A stretch of DNA of 62,856 nucleotides, filler included. It is 7 parts of 7 records of this genome, joined end to end, with 100 filler letters (N's around TTAATTAATTAA, not from the genome) between each part and the next. Parts side by side here need not be neighbours in the genome. Positions count along the whole stretch, not along the records: positions 33,310 to 51,292 come from SRR9188676_829; 6 more parts are not named here. One strand, written 5' to 3'. Under the pieces are notes generated by a model that was not told the origin of the DNA, ran no database searches, and saw only the letters and a list, made by a program, of their open reading frames with translations. Numbering within the stretch: position 1 is the stretch's first letter; every line of letters begins with the position of its first letter. Below are positions 39,975 to 50,297 of this stretch, in pieces. Position numbers and translations under genes: made by a program.

Positions 39975-41168
39975 ATGAAAATTGCCATGTTGGGGTCGGG
40001 TTTTATTGCTCGCTTTTATGCTACTTCACTGCATGCCCAAAGAAGAAAAGACTTTATTTATACGGTGTATTCTCGTAATATCGACAAAGCAAAACGCTTT
40101 GCAGAAGATTATCATTTACAGCATTTTACTGATAATATGGAAGAAGCCATCAACCATCCAGAAGTAGATGTTGTGCTAATTTCATTGCCTAATCATTTGC
40201 ATGAAATAGCCGTAAGTGCCTGTGCTAAAGCTAAAAAACACGTTTTATGTACCAAACCTTTGGGCAGAACAGCAGCCGAGGCCGAACGAATGTTACATTT
40301 AGTAGAAGATGCAGGTATTTTTGCAGGCTATCTTGAAGATTTATGCTATACGCCCAAATTCTTAAAATCAGTAGCTAGCGTACAGCAAGGTAGCATTGGT
40401 AGAGTACTCTGGACAAAATCAAGGGAAGCACATCCTGGTCCACATAGTGATTGGTTCTGGGACAAAGAAAAATCTGGTGGCGGAGCAATTATCGATTTAG
40501 CTTGTCACTGTGTAGAAATCAGTAGAAATTTTATTGGGAAAGATATAAAACCCATTGAAGTAATGTGTTGGGCTGATACTCAAGTACACCCAATTGAAGC
40601 CGAAGACCATGCTATTGGGCTAGTAAAATTTGAAAACGGAGCGATTGGTCAGTTTGAGGTAAGCTGGACTTTCAGAGGGGGTATGGATTTACGAGACGAG
40701 GTAGTCGGTACAGAAGGTTCTATTTGGCTCAATAGTTTTTTACGCACAGGTTTTGAAGTTTTTAGCACAGGCAAAGGAGCAGGCTATGTAGCTGAAAAAG
40801 CGGAAGTAAATAATGGTTGGTTATTTCCTGTAGGCGACGAAGCCCACGAGTTGGGATACCCAAATATGTTTACAGATATGTTTGATGCCATTGAAAATCA
40901 ACGTGAGCCACAGGAAACTTTTTATGACGGATATGTAGTAAATGCCATTTTAGATGCGGCTTTTATCTCTGCAAAAAGCAAGCAATGGGAAACCGTGCAA
41001 CTCCCTATCTGGCGAGGATTGACTGGACAAACAAAACCTTCTGTTTACAAAGAATATGACAATGAGCATTGGTTAGTAAAAGAGGAGCTGCTTCCTAATG
41101 GAGATAAAAAAGTGATTCTAAAGAAAAAAACGACGGGCGAGATTGTAGAAATATCAACGTTAACTTAA
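39975..41168 (+). CDS. Gfo/Idh/MocA oxidoreductase
   Basis: LGSGFIA, LPNHLH, CTKPL and [11 protein letters not shown]. Confidence 0.9.
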   Translation: MKIAMLGSGFIARFYATSLHAQRRKDFIYTVYSRNIDKAKRFAEDYHLQHFTDNMEEAINHPEVDVVLISLPNHLHEIAVSACAKAKKHVLCTKPLGRTAAEAERMLHLVEDAGIFAGYLEDLCYTPKFLKSVASVQQGSIGRVLWTKSREAHPGPHSDWFWDKEKSGGGAIIDLACHCVEISRNFIGKDIKPIEVMCWADTQVHPIEAEDHAIGLVKFENGAIGQFEVSWTFRGGMDLRDEVVGTEGSIWLNSFLRTGFEVFSTGKGAGYVAEKAEVNNGWLFPVGDEAHELGYPNMFTDMFDAIENQREPQETFYDGYVVNAILDAAFISAKSKQWETVQLPIWRGLTGQTKPSVYKEYDNEHWLVKEELLPNGDKKVILKKKTTGEIVEISTLT

Positions 41169-41173
41169 ATATA

Positions 41174-42055
41174 TCAGCTGTTGGTTTCGCCTTTACGGTA
41201 CTGAACAGGCGAAACACCCATTTGTTGTTTGAATAACCTTGAAAAATAAAATGGGTCGTCGATTCCAATTGCTGAAGCTACTTCATTGATACGCAAAGCC
41301 GTAAAATGAAGTAGTTGACAAGCTTTCTGAATCCTTAAATGATTGAAATACTCAATGGGTGCATAGCCAGTATCTTCTTTGAATTTTTTAGAGAAAAAGG
41401 AGATAGAAAGATGGGCAGACTGAGCAATTTCTTCAAGGGTAAGCGTATTAGCAAGATTTTCTTGCATAAACTTAATGGCTTTGTCGGTAGAACTAATCAC
41501 GGGATGAGTGTCGTTTACTCGCTGAAAATGTTCTGTCGTAATAAAAGTAGATAAATAATAAGATAGCGAAAGATTGGCAAACAGCAGATTATTAGCACTA
41601 TAACCTTTTAACAAGGTATTTGAAATTTGTTTGAATAAGTCATTACGCTCATTGGAAAAACCAACTTGAACGCTTTCGACACTATCATTCATAATAGCCT
41701 TTACAACATCATTGACATTATTTCCGTCGAGATGAAACCAATAAATTGTCCAAGGATTCTGAGCATCAGCTACGTAAGAATGAGGTACATTTTTAGGGAT
41801 AACAAATATTTCTCCAGCCGAAATACTGATTATTTTATTTTGAATCTGAATGCGTCCTTTTCCATGCGTACAGTAAATCAAAATGACTTTTGAAATACCC
41901 AACGGACGTTGGTAATAATGGTGTAGTGCTTTGGGATAAAACCCCATACGGGTAATATAAAGCGAATGAATTAAGGGCAATGCTCTACTTTTATTAATTG
42001 CTAGGGTAGGAATTTCTATAATTAATTCTCCTTCAAAGCCTCTACTTTTTTGCAT
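41174..42055 (-). CDS. AraC-family regulator
   Basis: AraC ligand-binding domain (PWTIYWFH) and DDPFYFSRLFK HTH. Confidence 0.92.
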   Translation of the reverse strand: MQKSRGFEGELIIEIPTLAINKSRALPLIHSLYITRMGFYPKALHHYYQRPLGISKVILIYCTHGKGRIQIQNKIISISAGEIFVIPKNVPHSYVADAQNPWTIYWFHLDGNNVNDVVKAIMNDSVESVQVGFSNERNDLFKQISNTLLKGYSANNLLFANLSLSYYLSTFITTEHFQRVNDTHPVISSTDKAIKFMQENLANTLTLEEIAQSAHLSISFFSKKFKEDTGYAPIEYFNHLRIQKACQLLHFTALRINEVASAIGIDDPFYFSRLFKQQMGVSPVQYRKGETNS

Positions 42056-42191
42056 AAATATATTGTATTATTCAATTTTTATAAAAGTAAAATAATCCAT
42101 GTAATTAATAAAATTGTTTAGTTATTATTTCTTTGAAAAAACGAATTTTGTATCAATAAAATATAAAAAATATTACATACAAAAATACGAA

Positions 42192-44378
42192 ATGGATTTA
42201 AGTAAATACAGCCTTCAGCGAATCAAAAACACTTATTGTGTTCATTACTATATACTTAAAACTACTATCTTGATAGTAATTATACTATTTAATGTTTTGA
42301 GCACAAGCTTTGTAAAAGCACAACAATCTTATGCAAAGTGGACTACTGATGAATTGGTATTAAACAATGGATTTGTCCAGAGAAATATAAAATTACCTGT
42401 ATTATCAGGCAGTTTTGGGACTACTACTTATAAACCCGTAGTGGGAGAATTTAGGTACTTTGAAAAGGTTAATCCAGAGTTTCAATTTGAGGTTAATAAT
42501 AAAGTTTATGCAGGAACAGACAATTGGACTTTAGCAGGTATCCAAAAAATTACAGACACTAAGCAAGGCGAGGGAGTAGCAGTCAAGTTGCTAAGTGACG
42601 ATAAACAAATTGAACTTACCATTAAATATTTGTTGTACCCTAACTTACCTGTGATTCGTAAAAATTTGGTCATTAAGAATTTATCAAACAAAAGTGTTTC
42701 TTTAGAATCTATAGATGTTGAGAAATTTAACATTACAGGATATTTTGCCACAACCTTTAGTTGGATTTGCCATGATTATGGAAGAAGACGTTCTATTGGT
42801 CCTTATGATGGCAATATGCAAGATGCCTTGCTAACAGTACATAATAGCGATTGGCAACAGGGGATGGTCATTGGTAATGAAGCTGCTGGTGTAATTAAAC
42901 ATACATCTGTCTTTTGGCAAGAGCCTACTATTTGTAGTGGCTTAACTCATAAAGATACACAGTTTCCTTTCAGAAAACACCTTCAGCAAGGAGAAAGCTT
43001 TGAGTCCCCACAAGTCTTTACGATGGTATATAATAATCATAAAGACCCTGACGAAATACTTAACACGGCTGTACCAGACTTTGTGCGAAAACATTTAGGC
43101 ACACGCCTTTCTGAATTATCACAAAAACCAACTTTTGTGTATAATACTTGGATGCCTTTTCGCAAAGATATTAATGAGAAATTGGTCATGGAATTAGCAA
43201 AGGCTGCCGCTGATGCTGGCATGAAAGAGTTTGTGATAGATGATGGCTGGAATGATAACTATGGAGATTGGATTATTGACAAGAAGAAATTTCCTAATGG
43301 CTTAAAACCTGTGTTCGATTATATCAAATCGTTAGGAATGAAACCCGGTTTATGGGTAAGTGTCGGTAGTGCTTCGCCAGATAGCAAAGTGTATCAAGAA
43401 CATCCAGAATGGTTTGTATTGGATGAAAACCAACAGCCTGCCAATTTGCATGAGAATGATTTAAAAATGCGAACAGCTTGCTTTAGTACGGGTTGGTACG
43501 ATTATATCAAAAACGTTTTGATGAAACTGTCCTTAGAATACGGACTAGAATATTTAAAACTCGACTTTACGGTTGTTACCAGTCCATACAGATTTGGTCA
43601 TAAAAATACAGGCTGTTACGCTACCAATCATGCTAATCATAAAGATCAACACGAATCATTTTATGTAAACTATGAACGTGTTTGGAAGCTTTTTGACGAA
43701 TTGCATGCGACCAAGCCAACCCTATTTATCGACTGTACCTTTGAAACCATGGGTGGTTTACAATTGATAGATTATGCCATGTTGAAACATGCAGAAGGAA
43801 ATTGGCTCTCTAATTTTTACGGTCCGCCACAGGAAAACGTCGATTTAAGAGTAAGAAATATGGCTTGGTGGCGTTCGCCTGCTATTCCAGCAACAGCATT
43901 AGTTATCGGAAATCCCGAAATGCAAGATGCAGGTTGGGAAATGCACATAAAATCGCTTGCAGGTGCTTTACCCATTATGTTAGGTGACCCAAGAAAACTA
44001 TCAGCTCCAGATTTTAAGAAGTATAGAACCTATGCAGATTGGTTGCAATTGATGGAAAACAAACATCAAATCATGAGTTACAGGCAAGATTTAGCAGGTT
44101 TGGGGGAACCTAAAGAAGGGCAATGGGATGGATTTCAGCGCATTAATACAGAAACAAAATCAGGAGGAATAATTGGGGTATTTAAGCATGGAAGTTTGGA
44201 AAGTGAAAGACAAATATTCATCACATCCTTACAACCTGACAAAACCTACCTTATCAAACAAGCAATTTCTGGCAAGAAAATCATCCAGATGACAGGGAGC
44301 CAATTATCCTCTATTGGATTTAAGGTGAAAATCAATGAAAAATATAACGGAGAACTATTTGAAGTAATTAAGCAATAA
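42192..44378 (+). CDS. GH36 alpha-galactosidase-like glycoside hydrolase
   Basis: YNTW, FVIDDGW, KFPNGL, GMKPGLW and YLKLDF nucleophile. Start uncertain. Confidence 0.85.
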   Translation: MDLSKYSLQRIKNTYCVHYYILKTTILIVIILFNVLSTSFVKAQQSYAKWTTDELVLNNGFVQRNIKLPVLSGSFGTTTYKPVVGEFRYFEKVNPEFQFEVNNKVYAGTDNWTLAGIQKITDTKQGEGVAVKLLSDDKQIELTIKYLLYPNLPVIRKNLVIKNLSNKSVSLESIDVEKFNITGYFATTFSWICHDYGRRRSIGPYDGNMQDALLTVHNSDWQQGMVIGNEAAGVIKHTSVFWQEPTICSGLTHKDTQFPFRKHLQQGESFESPQVFTMVYNNHKDPDEILNTAVPDFVRKHLGTRLSELSQKPTFVYNTWMPFRKDINEKLVMELAKAAADAGMKEFVIDDGWNDNYGDWIIDKKKFPNGLKPVFDYIKSLGMKPGLWVSVGSASPDSKVYQEHPEWFVLDENQQPANLHENDLKMRTACFSTGWYDYIKNVLMKLSLEYGLEYLKLDFTVVTSPYRFGHKNTGCYATNHANHKDQHESFYVNYERVWKLFDELHATKPTLFIDCTFETMGGLQLIDYAMLKHAEGNWLSNFYGPPQENVDLRVRNMAWWRSPAIPATALVIGNPEMQDAGWEMHIKSLAGALPIMLGDPRKLSAPDFKKYRTYADWLQLMENKHQIMSYRQDLAGLGEPKEGQWDGFQRINTETKSGGIIGVFKHGSLESERQIFITSLQPDKTYLIKQAISGKKIIQMTGSQLSSIGFKVKINEKYNGELFEVIKQ

Positions 44379-44401
44379 AGGAACATTAAAAAAATAAGAA
44401 C

Positions 44402-45238
44402 ATGGGAAAACAATCATTAACGGCTGCTCAGATAGAGCAATACAATCAAGATGGATACTTGATTCTAAAAGGTTTCTTTAACCAAGAGGAAGTTTCAAAA
44501 CTATATCAAATAGCCATAGAGGATAGCATAATGAGTAAAAATGCTATTAATGTGAATGATAGTTCAGGAAAAAGAAGTAAGCTTTCGTTATGGTATAAGC
44601 CTGGAGATGATGTATATGGATTGCTAACCAGAGGTAGCAGTTTGATTAATACAGTAGATAAATTACTTGATGGAGATGCTTCTGTTTGTCATTTTCATTC
44701 TAAATTGATGCAAAAAGAACCACGAGTAGGCGGGGCTTGGGAATGGCACCAAGACTATGGTTATTGGTATAAAAATGAGTTTTTATTGCCTGACCAAATG
44801 ATGTCGGTAATGGTTGCTATTACGGATGCGAATCAAGAAAATGGTTGTTTACAGGTTATCAAAGGCTCGCACAAAATGGGGAGAGTAGAACATGGCTTTT
44901 CGGGGGAGCAAGTAGGTGCATCACAGAGATATGTGGATTTAGCCCTAAAAACGATGGAATTAATCTATGTGGAGTTACAAGGAGGAGATGTATTACTTTT
45001 CCATAGTAACCTTTTACATCGCTCAGAAGCTAACCTTTCTGATAAACCTCGTTGGTCTATGATTTCTTGTTACAATCGTGCGTCTAATATTCCTTATAAC
45101 GATTCGGCTTCTTCTAATTCTAGCATTACTCCGATTGATATTGTGCCAGATGAAGCACTGCTAACTTGGCAAACTTCAGGATTAAGAGAAGACGAAGCGG
45201 AATTTTTAGTAAAAGAAGCGGATGTTGCTTTGAAGTAA
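44402..45238 (+). CDS. PhyH-family Fe(II)/2-oxoglutarate dioxygenase
   Basis: WHQD, NGCLQVIKGSH, FHSNLLHRS...R. Confidence 0.9.
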   Translation: MGKQSLTAAQIEQYNQDGYLILKGFFNQEEVSKLYQIAIEDSIMSKNAINVNDSSGKRSKLSLWYKPGDDVYGLLTRGSSLINTVDKLLDGDASVCHFHSKLMQKEPRVGGAWEWHQDYGYWYKNEFLLPDQMMSVMVAITDANQENGCLQVIKGSHKMGRVEHGFSGEQVGASQRYVDLALKTMELIYVELQGGDVLLFHSNLLHRSEANLSDKPRWSMISCYNRASNIPYNDSASSNSSITPIDIVPDEALLTWQTSGLREDEAEFLVKEADVALK

Positions 45239-45281
45239 ATATAATACTAAATTAACGGCAGTAACGTGTAAACCCTAACTC

Positions 45282-46091
45282 ATGAATATTAAATTTTATG
45301 CTCCTCAGTGGGGCAATGTACTTCCTTTTCAAACTTTTTGTCAAAATGTAAAGACTGCAGGATACGATGGTGTAGAAATGGCTTTACCTTTTGACGAAAA
45401 AGAAAAAGCTGAAATACTGGCTACCTTAAATGATTTTGACCTTGAGCTTATCGGTCAATATTGGCAATCTCATGAAAAAGATTTAGGCGAACATGCTCAT
45501 AACTATGAAAAGTATTTGAGAAACCTTATTTCGGCTAAGCCTATTTTCATTAACTGTCAAACTGGAAAAGACTACTTTACTTTTGAACAAAACAAGCAGT
45601 TATTTGAGCTAGCCAGTAGGATTTCTGAGGAAACAGGCATTAAAATTATTCATGAAACTCATCGAGGCAAAAGTCTTTTTGCTGCCCACATTACACAGGA
45701 ATATCTAAATCAAATCCCAGCTTTGAGGATTTGTTTAGATATTTCTCATTGGTGCAACGTTCACGAGTCATTATTAGCTGATCAGCAGGACGCTGTAGCC
45801 AAGGCAATTGCTCATGCTAATCATATTCATAGTAGAGTCGGTCACCCAGAAGGCCCACAGGTAAATGACCCACGTGCTCCAGAATGGGAGGAAGTACTAC
45901 AAACACATTTATCTTGGTGGGACAAAGTTGTAGCAACGCATCGACAACAAGGTACACAGCTTACTGTCACTACAGAATTCGGCCCAGCTACTTACATGCC
46001 TGTATTGCCTTATACCCAGATGCCTGTAGCGAACCAATGGGAGATTAATGTATTTATGATGAATTTATTGAAAAAGAGATATAACGCTTAA
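45282..46091 (+). CDS. Sugar phosphate isomerase/epimerase (TIM barrel)
   Basis: GYDGVE, HETHR, DISHW, HIHSRVG and EFGP. Confidence 0.85.
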   Translation: MNIKFYAPQWGNVLPFQTFCQNVKTAGYDGVEMALPFDEKEKAEILATLNDFDLELIGQYWQSHEKDLGEHAHNYEKYLRNLISAKPIFINCQTGKDYFTFEQNKQLFELASRISEETGIKIIHETHRGKSLFAAHITQEYLNQIPALRICLDISHWCNVHESLLADQQDAVAKAIAHANHIHSRVGHPEGPQVNDPRAPEWEEVLQTHLSWWDKVVATHRQQGTQLTVTTEFGPATYMPVLPYTQMPVANQWEINVFMMNLLKKRYNA

Positions 46092-46103
46092 TCGAGGATA
46101 GAC

Positions 46104-47588
46104 TTATTCGTTTCGATGCTTCTCAAACAATTGACGATATACCCATTTATCTAATTTTAGATTTTTGATAATGGGTTGATGATAAGGCATTTTTGAGAGG
46201 TCGTTAAACGTGTTCCATAATTTTTGAGAACGACTATTCAATGTAAATACATTTCTGAACACTTGAATGATTACTTTTTCAAGGGCATGGTATTTCTTTT
46301 CGATTTTCAATTTTCGTTCTAGCGATACCAAATCATAACTCAAGTAATCAAAATTACCCAAACGATGATGAATCAATAAATTTAATATCCTGATTTCAGC
46401 ATACAATGATGTACCGAGGTCTTCTTGAAAAACAGCTAGAATCTCATTGACATATTGCAGTGCTACTGTATAATCTCTTGTAAAATAATAAAGCCTCGCC
46501 AAGGTATAATAAGCTTTTATTTGAAGCTTGGCAGGTACTTGTCCTATGCTTTTTTGTATTTCGTTTAGCTGGCTGTTTACCCATGCAAGTGCTTGATGGG
46601 TTTGCTCTAAATCGTTATGAAGGTTAACTTGGTATGAAAAAATAAGCACATGTAAATAGTATCTGGTACTTTCACTGAGCGCAGGAATGTTTTGGAGTTT
46701 CGCTATAAAAAAAGCCATCTCTTCCCATTTTTCCATGGCTCTTAAATCGGTTAAAATACCTTCAATGCAATAGATGTAATACATTGGGTTGTCTATCCAA
46801 AGCGTTTGATGTTGCTCAAATAAATCTATCAATTCATAAAAAATAGCGATGCTTCCTTTTGAATTGCCTACTGCCAAAAAGTACGTGGACTGAAACTGTA
46901 AGTGCAATCGTTTTGACTCAAATGTTTTTTGTCTTGATTGCTGTAAAATCTGACTTTCTTCCAACAATAAATCATTGAGCTTTTCAATATCCGCCGAACT
47001 TCTGACCATCCCGTTTTTAAGATACCTAAACCAAAGTATTTCATAAAGCATGGCTTGCTCATGATGGATATTTTCTTGTTTTAACAAAGCTTTGAATTGT
47101 TCTTGCTTACGTATAAGCTCCGTCTCCGTGATGTCTGAAAACTGTAAACTCACCAAGTTTTGTAGTTCTAATTTGCTAAGTAATAAGTAGAAAAGATGTT
47201 TATCATGTTTAACAGCAAGTTGAATGGCTTTGGCTAATCGCTTGTTATACAAATCAATATGTCCTTTGTTGAATAGAATTTTACATTCCTGAATCATATT
47301 CAAAAGCTGACTTTCAAGCGAATTTTCCTCTTCAAATAATCGTAGACTTTTTAAAATATTGGCATACAAATACTTTCTTGCTGGTTCTATAGATTTTGAC
47401 GTGAGTTCATTGGCTACTCGTTGAGTTACCTCTTCGTCAAAATTTGAACAACTATCCAGAATATCATAAAGTTGCATAAAAGTTTTAGCCCCTTCTTGCA
47501 TTTGCGTCGTTAACCTGAAATACCTTTTCTCTGCTTTTGATAAAGATTGTATTAATTTATATAAAAGTAAGAGTTCAGACTTAGCCAT
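46104..47588 (-). CDS. Helical (TPR-like) Bacteroidota protein, probable regulator (RusR-like)
   Basis: LIQSLSKAEKRYF N-terminus, all-helical; divergent from rbsK. Confidence 0.5.
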   Translation of the reverse strand: MAKSELLLLYKLIQSLSKAEKRYFRLTTQMQEGAKTFMQLYDILDSCSNFDEEVTQRVANELTSKSIEPARKYLYANILKSLRLFEEENSLESQLLNMIQECKILFNKGHIDLYNKRLAKAIQLAVKHDKHLFYLLLSKLELQNLVSLQFSDITETELIRKQEQFKALLKQENIHHEQAMLYEILWFRYLKNGMVRSSADIEKLNDLLLEESQILQQSRQKTFESKRLHLQFQSTYFLAVGNSKGSIAIFYELIDLFEQHQTLWIDNPMYYIYCIEGILTDLRAMEKWEEMAFFIAKLQNIPALSESTRYYLHVLIFSYQVNLHNDLEQTHQALAWVNSQLNEIQKSIGQVPAKLQIKAYYTLARLYYFTRDYTVALQYVNEILAVFQEDLGTSLYAEIRILNLLIHHRLGNFDYLSYDLVSLERKLKIEKKYHALEKVIIQVFRNVFTLNSRSQKLWNTFNDLSKMPYHQPIIKNLKLDKWVYRQLFEKHRNE

Positions 47589-47738
47589 ATTGATATTATA
47601 GAATTATTATTTCATTTAAATTGCTAAAAATACAAATAAAGGTTAATAATATTAGTTTTAGCCATAACTAAAAATGATAAAAATTCTACTTTTAATTGAA
47701 TTAATAAAAGGTATTTTTGTATAAAAAAAAGAATGTAA

Positions 47739-48644
47739 ATGAGTAAGATTATTATAATTGGTAGTTCAAATACAGATATGGTGATAAAAGCACCAAAATT
47801 ACCCTTACCTGGTGAAACAGTAATGGGTGGAAAATTTTTGATGAACCCGGGAGGGAAAGGAGCCAATCAAGCCGTTACATCTGCTAGATTGGGCTGTCCG
47901 ACAGTTTTTATCTGTAAAGTGGGCAATGATGTTTTTGGTAAAATGGCTTTACAACAATTTGAAAAAGAAGGGATTCAAACAGATTTTGTATTTACAGATG
48001 CAGAACAACCTTCGGGTGTTGCCTTGATTAATGTCGATATGCAAGGAGAAAATTGTATTACAGTTGCTCCTGGGGCAAATGCTTTTCTATCACCCACCAA
48101 CATAGACAAAGCCAGTGCAATATTTGAAAAGGATGATTTAATATTGATGCAACTAGAAACACCCCTTGAAACGGTGGAATATGTGGTTAATAAATTTCAT
48201 CAAACCGAAGCGACTATCATTCTCAACCCTGCTCCAGCAACTCCGCTTAAAGAAGACATTTTAAAATACTTAACAGTAATTACCCCTAACGAAACAGAGG
48301 CAGAAATCCTTACAGGAATATCTGTTGTCAATGAAGACGGACTTCGAAAAGCCGCTAATATTCTTAGAGAAAAAGGAGTGAAGAATGTAGTGATTACACG
48401 TGGCTCAAAAGGAGCGTATATTTTATCTGATGAGTTTGAAGGAATGGTCGCTTCGGTAAAAGTAGAAGCTGTTGACACCACTGCCGCTGGAGATTGTTTT
48501 AATGGTGCTTTGGCTGTAGGCTTATTTGAAAAGATGTCTTTGAAAGAAGCCGTACAGTTTGCTTGCAAAGCAGCAGCAGCCTCGGTAAAAAAGATGGGAG
48601 CACAATCTTCTATTCCATATCGCAAGGAATTAATGGTGAGTTAA
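47739..48644 (+). CDS. rbsK: Ribokinase
   Basis: GSSNTD, PGGKGANQA, NPAPA, PNETEA and DTTAAGDCFNG. TATTTTTG -7 element at 47712. Confidence 0.95.
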   Translation: MSKIIIIGSSNTDMVIKAPKLPLPGETVMGGKFLMNPGGKGANQAVTSARLGCPTVFICKVGNDVFGKMALQQFEKEGIQTDFVFTDAEQPSGVALINVDMQGENCITVAPGANAFLSPTNIDKASAIFEKDDLILMQLETPLETVEYVVNKFHQTEATIILNPAPATPLKEDILKYLTVITPNETEAEILTGISVVNEDGLRKAANILREKGVKNVVITRGSKGAYILSDEFEGMVASVKVEAVDTTAAGDCFNGALAVGLFEKMSLKEAVQFACKAAAASVKKMGAQSSIPYRKELMVS

Positions 48645-48711
48645 CGTTATTACTGTTGGCTTTTTTGTCATTATTTTAAACATAAAACTATTGAAAATCT
48701 GATTGATACAC

Positions 48712-50277
48712 ATGAAAAAAATACTATTATTGATTGCTTTACTTTCTACAGCATGCTGTAGCATTGCTCAGACCGCAAAAACAATTACCCTCTCTCAGAA
48801 AGACCTTAAAAATAAAATAAAAGGCGGTTGGGCTGGACAAACTATTGGCGTAACCTTCGGAGGGCCGATGGAATTCAAATACAATGGGACAATCATCAAC
48901 GAATATCAACCTGTACCTTGGTATGATGGTTATCTCAAAAAAATGATGTTAGAAAATCCCGGACTCTACGATGATTTATACATGGATTTAACCTTTGTAG
49001 AAGTTTTTGAAAAAGAAGGACTCGATGCTCCAGTAAATTCTCATGCCAAAGCTTATGCCAATGCGGGCTACGCTCTTTGGCACGCTAATCAAGTAGGGCG
49101 AAGTAACATTTTGAACGGAATCATGCCCCCACAATCAGGTTATTGGGAAAATAACCCACATGCTGATTGTATAGACTATCAAATTGAATGCGATTTTGCA
49201 GGTTTAATGTCTCCTGCCATGCCAAATGCTGCCTCAAAAATTTCTGATAAAATCGGGCATATTATGAATTATGGCGATGGCTATTATGGTGGGGTTTATT
49301 TAGGTGCTTGTTATGCTTTGGCTTTTGTCTCAAAAGATGTTCGCTATGTGGTTCAGGAAGCCTTAAAAACTGTTCCTAAAGAAAGCAATTATTATAAATG
49401 TATTGCGGATGTCATTAAATGGCATAAAATGTATCCAAACGACTGGAAAAGAACTTGGTACGAAATTCAGAATAAATGGTCGCAAGATGTAGGTTGTCCA
49501 GATGGCGTTTTTGCACCTTTTAATATTGATGCTACCATTAATTCTGCTTATGTAGTAGTAGGGTTATTGTATGGCAATGGAGATTTTACTAAAACGATGG
49601 AAATCACTACTCGTTGTGGACAAGACGCTGATTGCAATCCGTCTTCGGCAGGAGGAATTTTAGGAACAATATTGGGCTACGATGCCATCCCTACTTATTG
49701 GAAAATGGGCTTGAAAGAAGCGGAAGACATCGACTTTAAATATACTTCTACGTCTTTGAACAAAGTTTATGAGGTTGGTTACAAACATGCTCTTTTAAAT
49801 ATTGAACGCAATGGAGGAAAAGTTCTAAAAGAATCTGTAACGATTCCAGTACAAATTCCAGTAGCAGTACCATTTGAAAAAAGTTTTGACAACACTTATC
49901 CTATCGATAGAAAGTATGTTTACAGCTCATTGAAAAAAGAATATTCTTTTGATTTTGAGGGAACAGGCTTTGTTGTAAAAGGCGAAACAGCGAAGTGGGC
50001 ATCAACCAGTACTTATGTTTTTGATATGGAAGTATATATCGACGGCAAATTGTTTGAAACGGCAAAACTACCCACTTCATTTACTACCAGAAGACATGAG
50101 TTAACATGGAAATACAAACTTCCAAAAGGAAAACATACAATATCCTTAAAATTATTGAATCCTTCTGCTGACCACGATTGTAGGATAACAGATATTTTAA
50201 TTTATAGCGATCAGCCCAATAGTACAGCCAATGAAAATGTATTTAGATTTGGTCAGCCTATCAAACCCAAACAATAA
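48712..50277 (+). CDS. Exported ADP-ribosylglycohydrolase-family protein
   Basis: Signal peptide, GGWAGQTIG, YDDLYMD and GQDADCN; C-terminal beta-sandwich. Confidence 0.8.
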   Translation: MKKILLLIALLSTACCSIAQTAKTITLSQKDLKNKIKGGWAGQTIGVTFGGPMEFKYNGTIINEYQPVPWYDGYLKKMMLENPGLYDDLYMDLTFVEVFEKEGLDAPVNSHAKAYANAGYALWHANQVGRSNILNGIMPPQSGYWENNPHADCIDYQIECDFAGLMSPAMPNAASKISDKIGHIMNYGDGYYGGVYLGACYALAFVSKDVRYVVQEALKTVPKESNYYKCIADVIKWHKMYPNDWKRTWYEIQNKWSQDVGCPDGVFAPFNIDATINSAYVVVGLLYGNGDFTKTMEITTRCGQDADCNPSSAGGILGTILGYDAIPTYWKMGLKEAEDIDFKYTSTSLNKVYEVGYKHALLNIERNGGKVLKESVTIPVQIPVAVPFEKSFDNTYPIDRKYVYSSLKKEYSFDFEGTGFVVKGETAKWASTSTYVFDMEVYIDGKLFETAKLPTSFTTRRHELTWKYKLPKGKHTISLKLLNPSADHDCRITDILIYSDQPNSTANENVFRFGQPIKPKQ

Positions 50278-50297
50278 ACCACTCAATAGTAGAAAAT

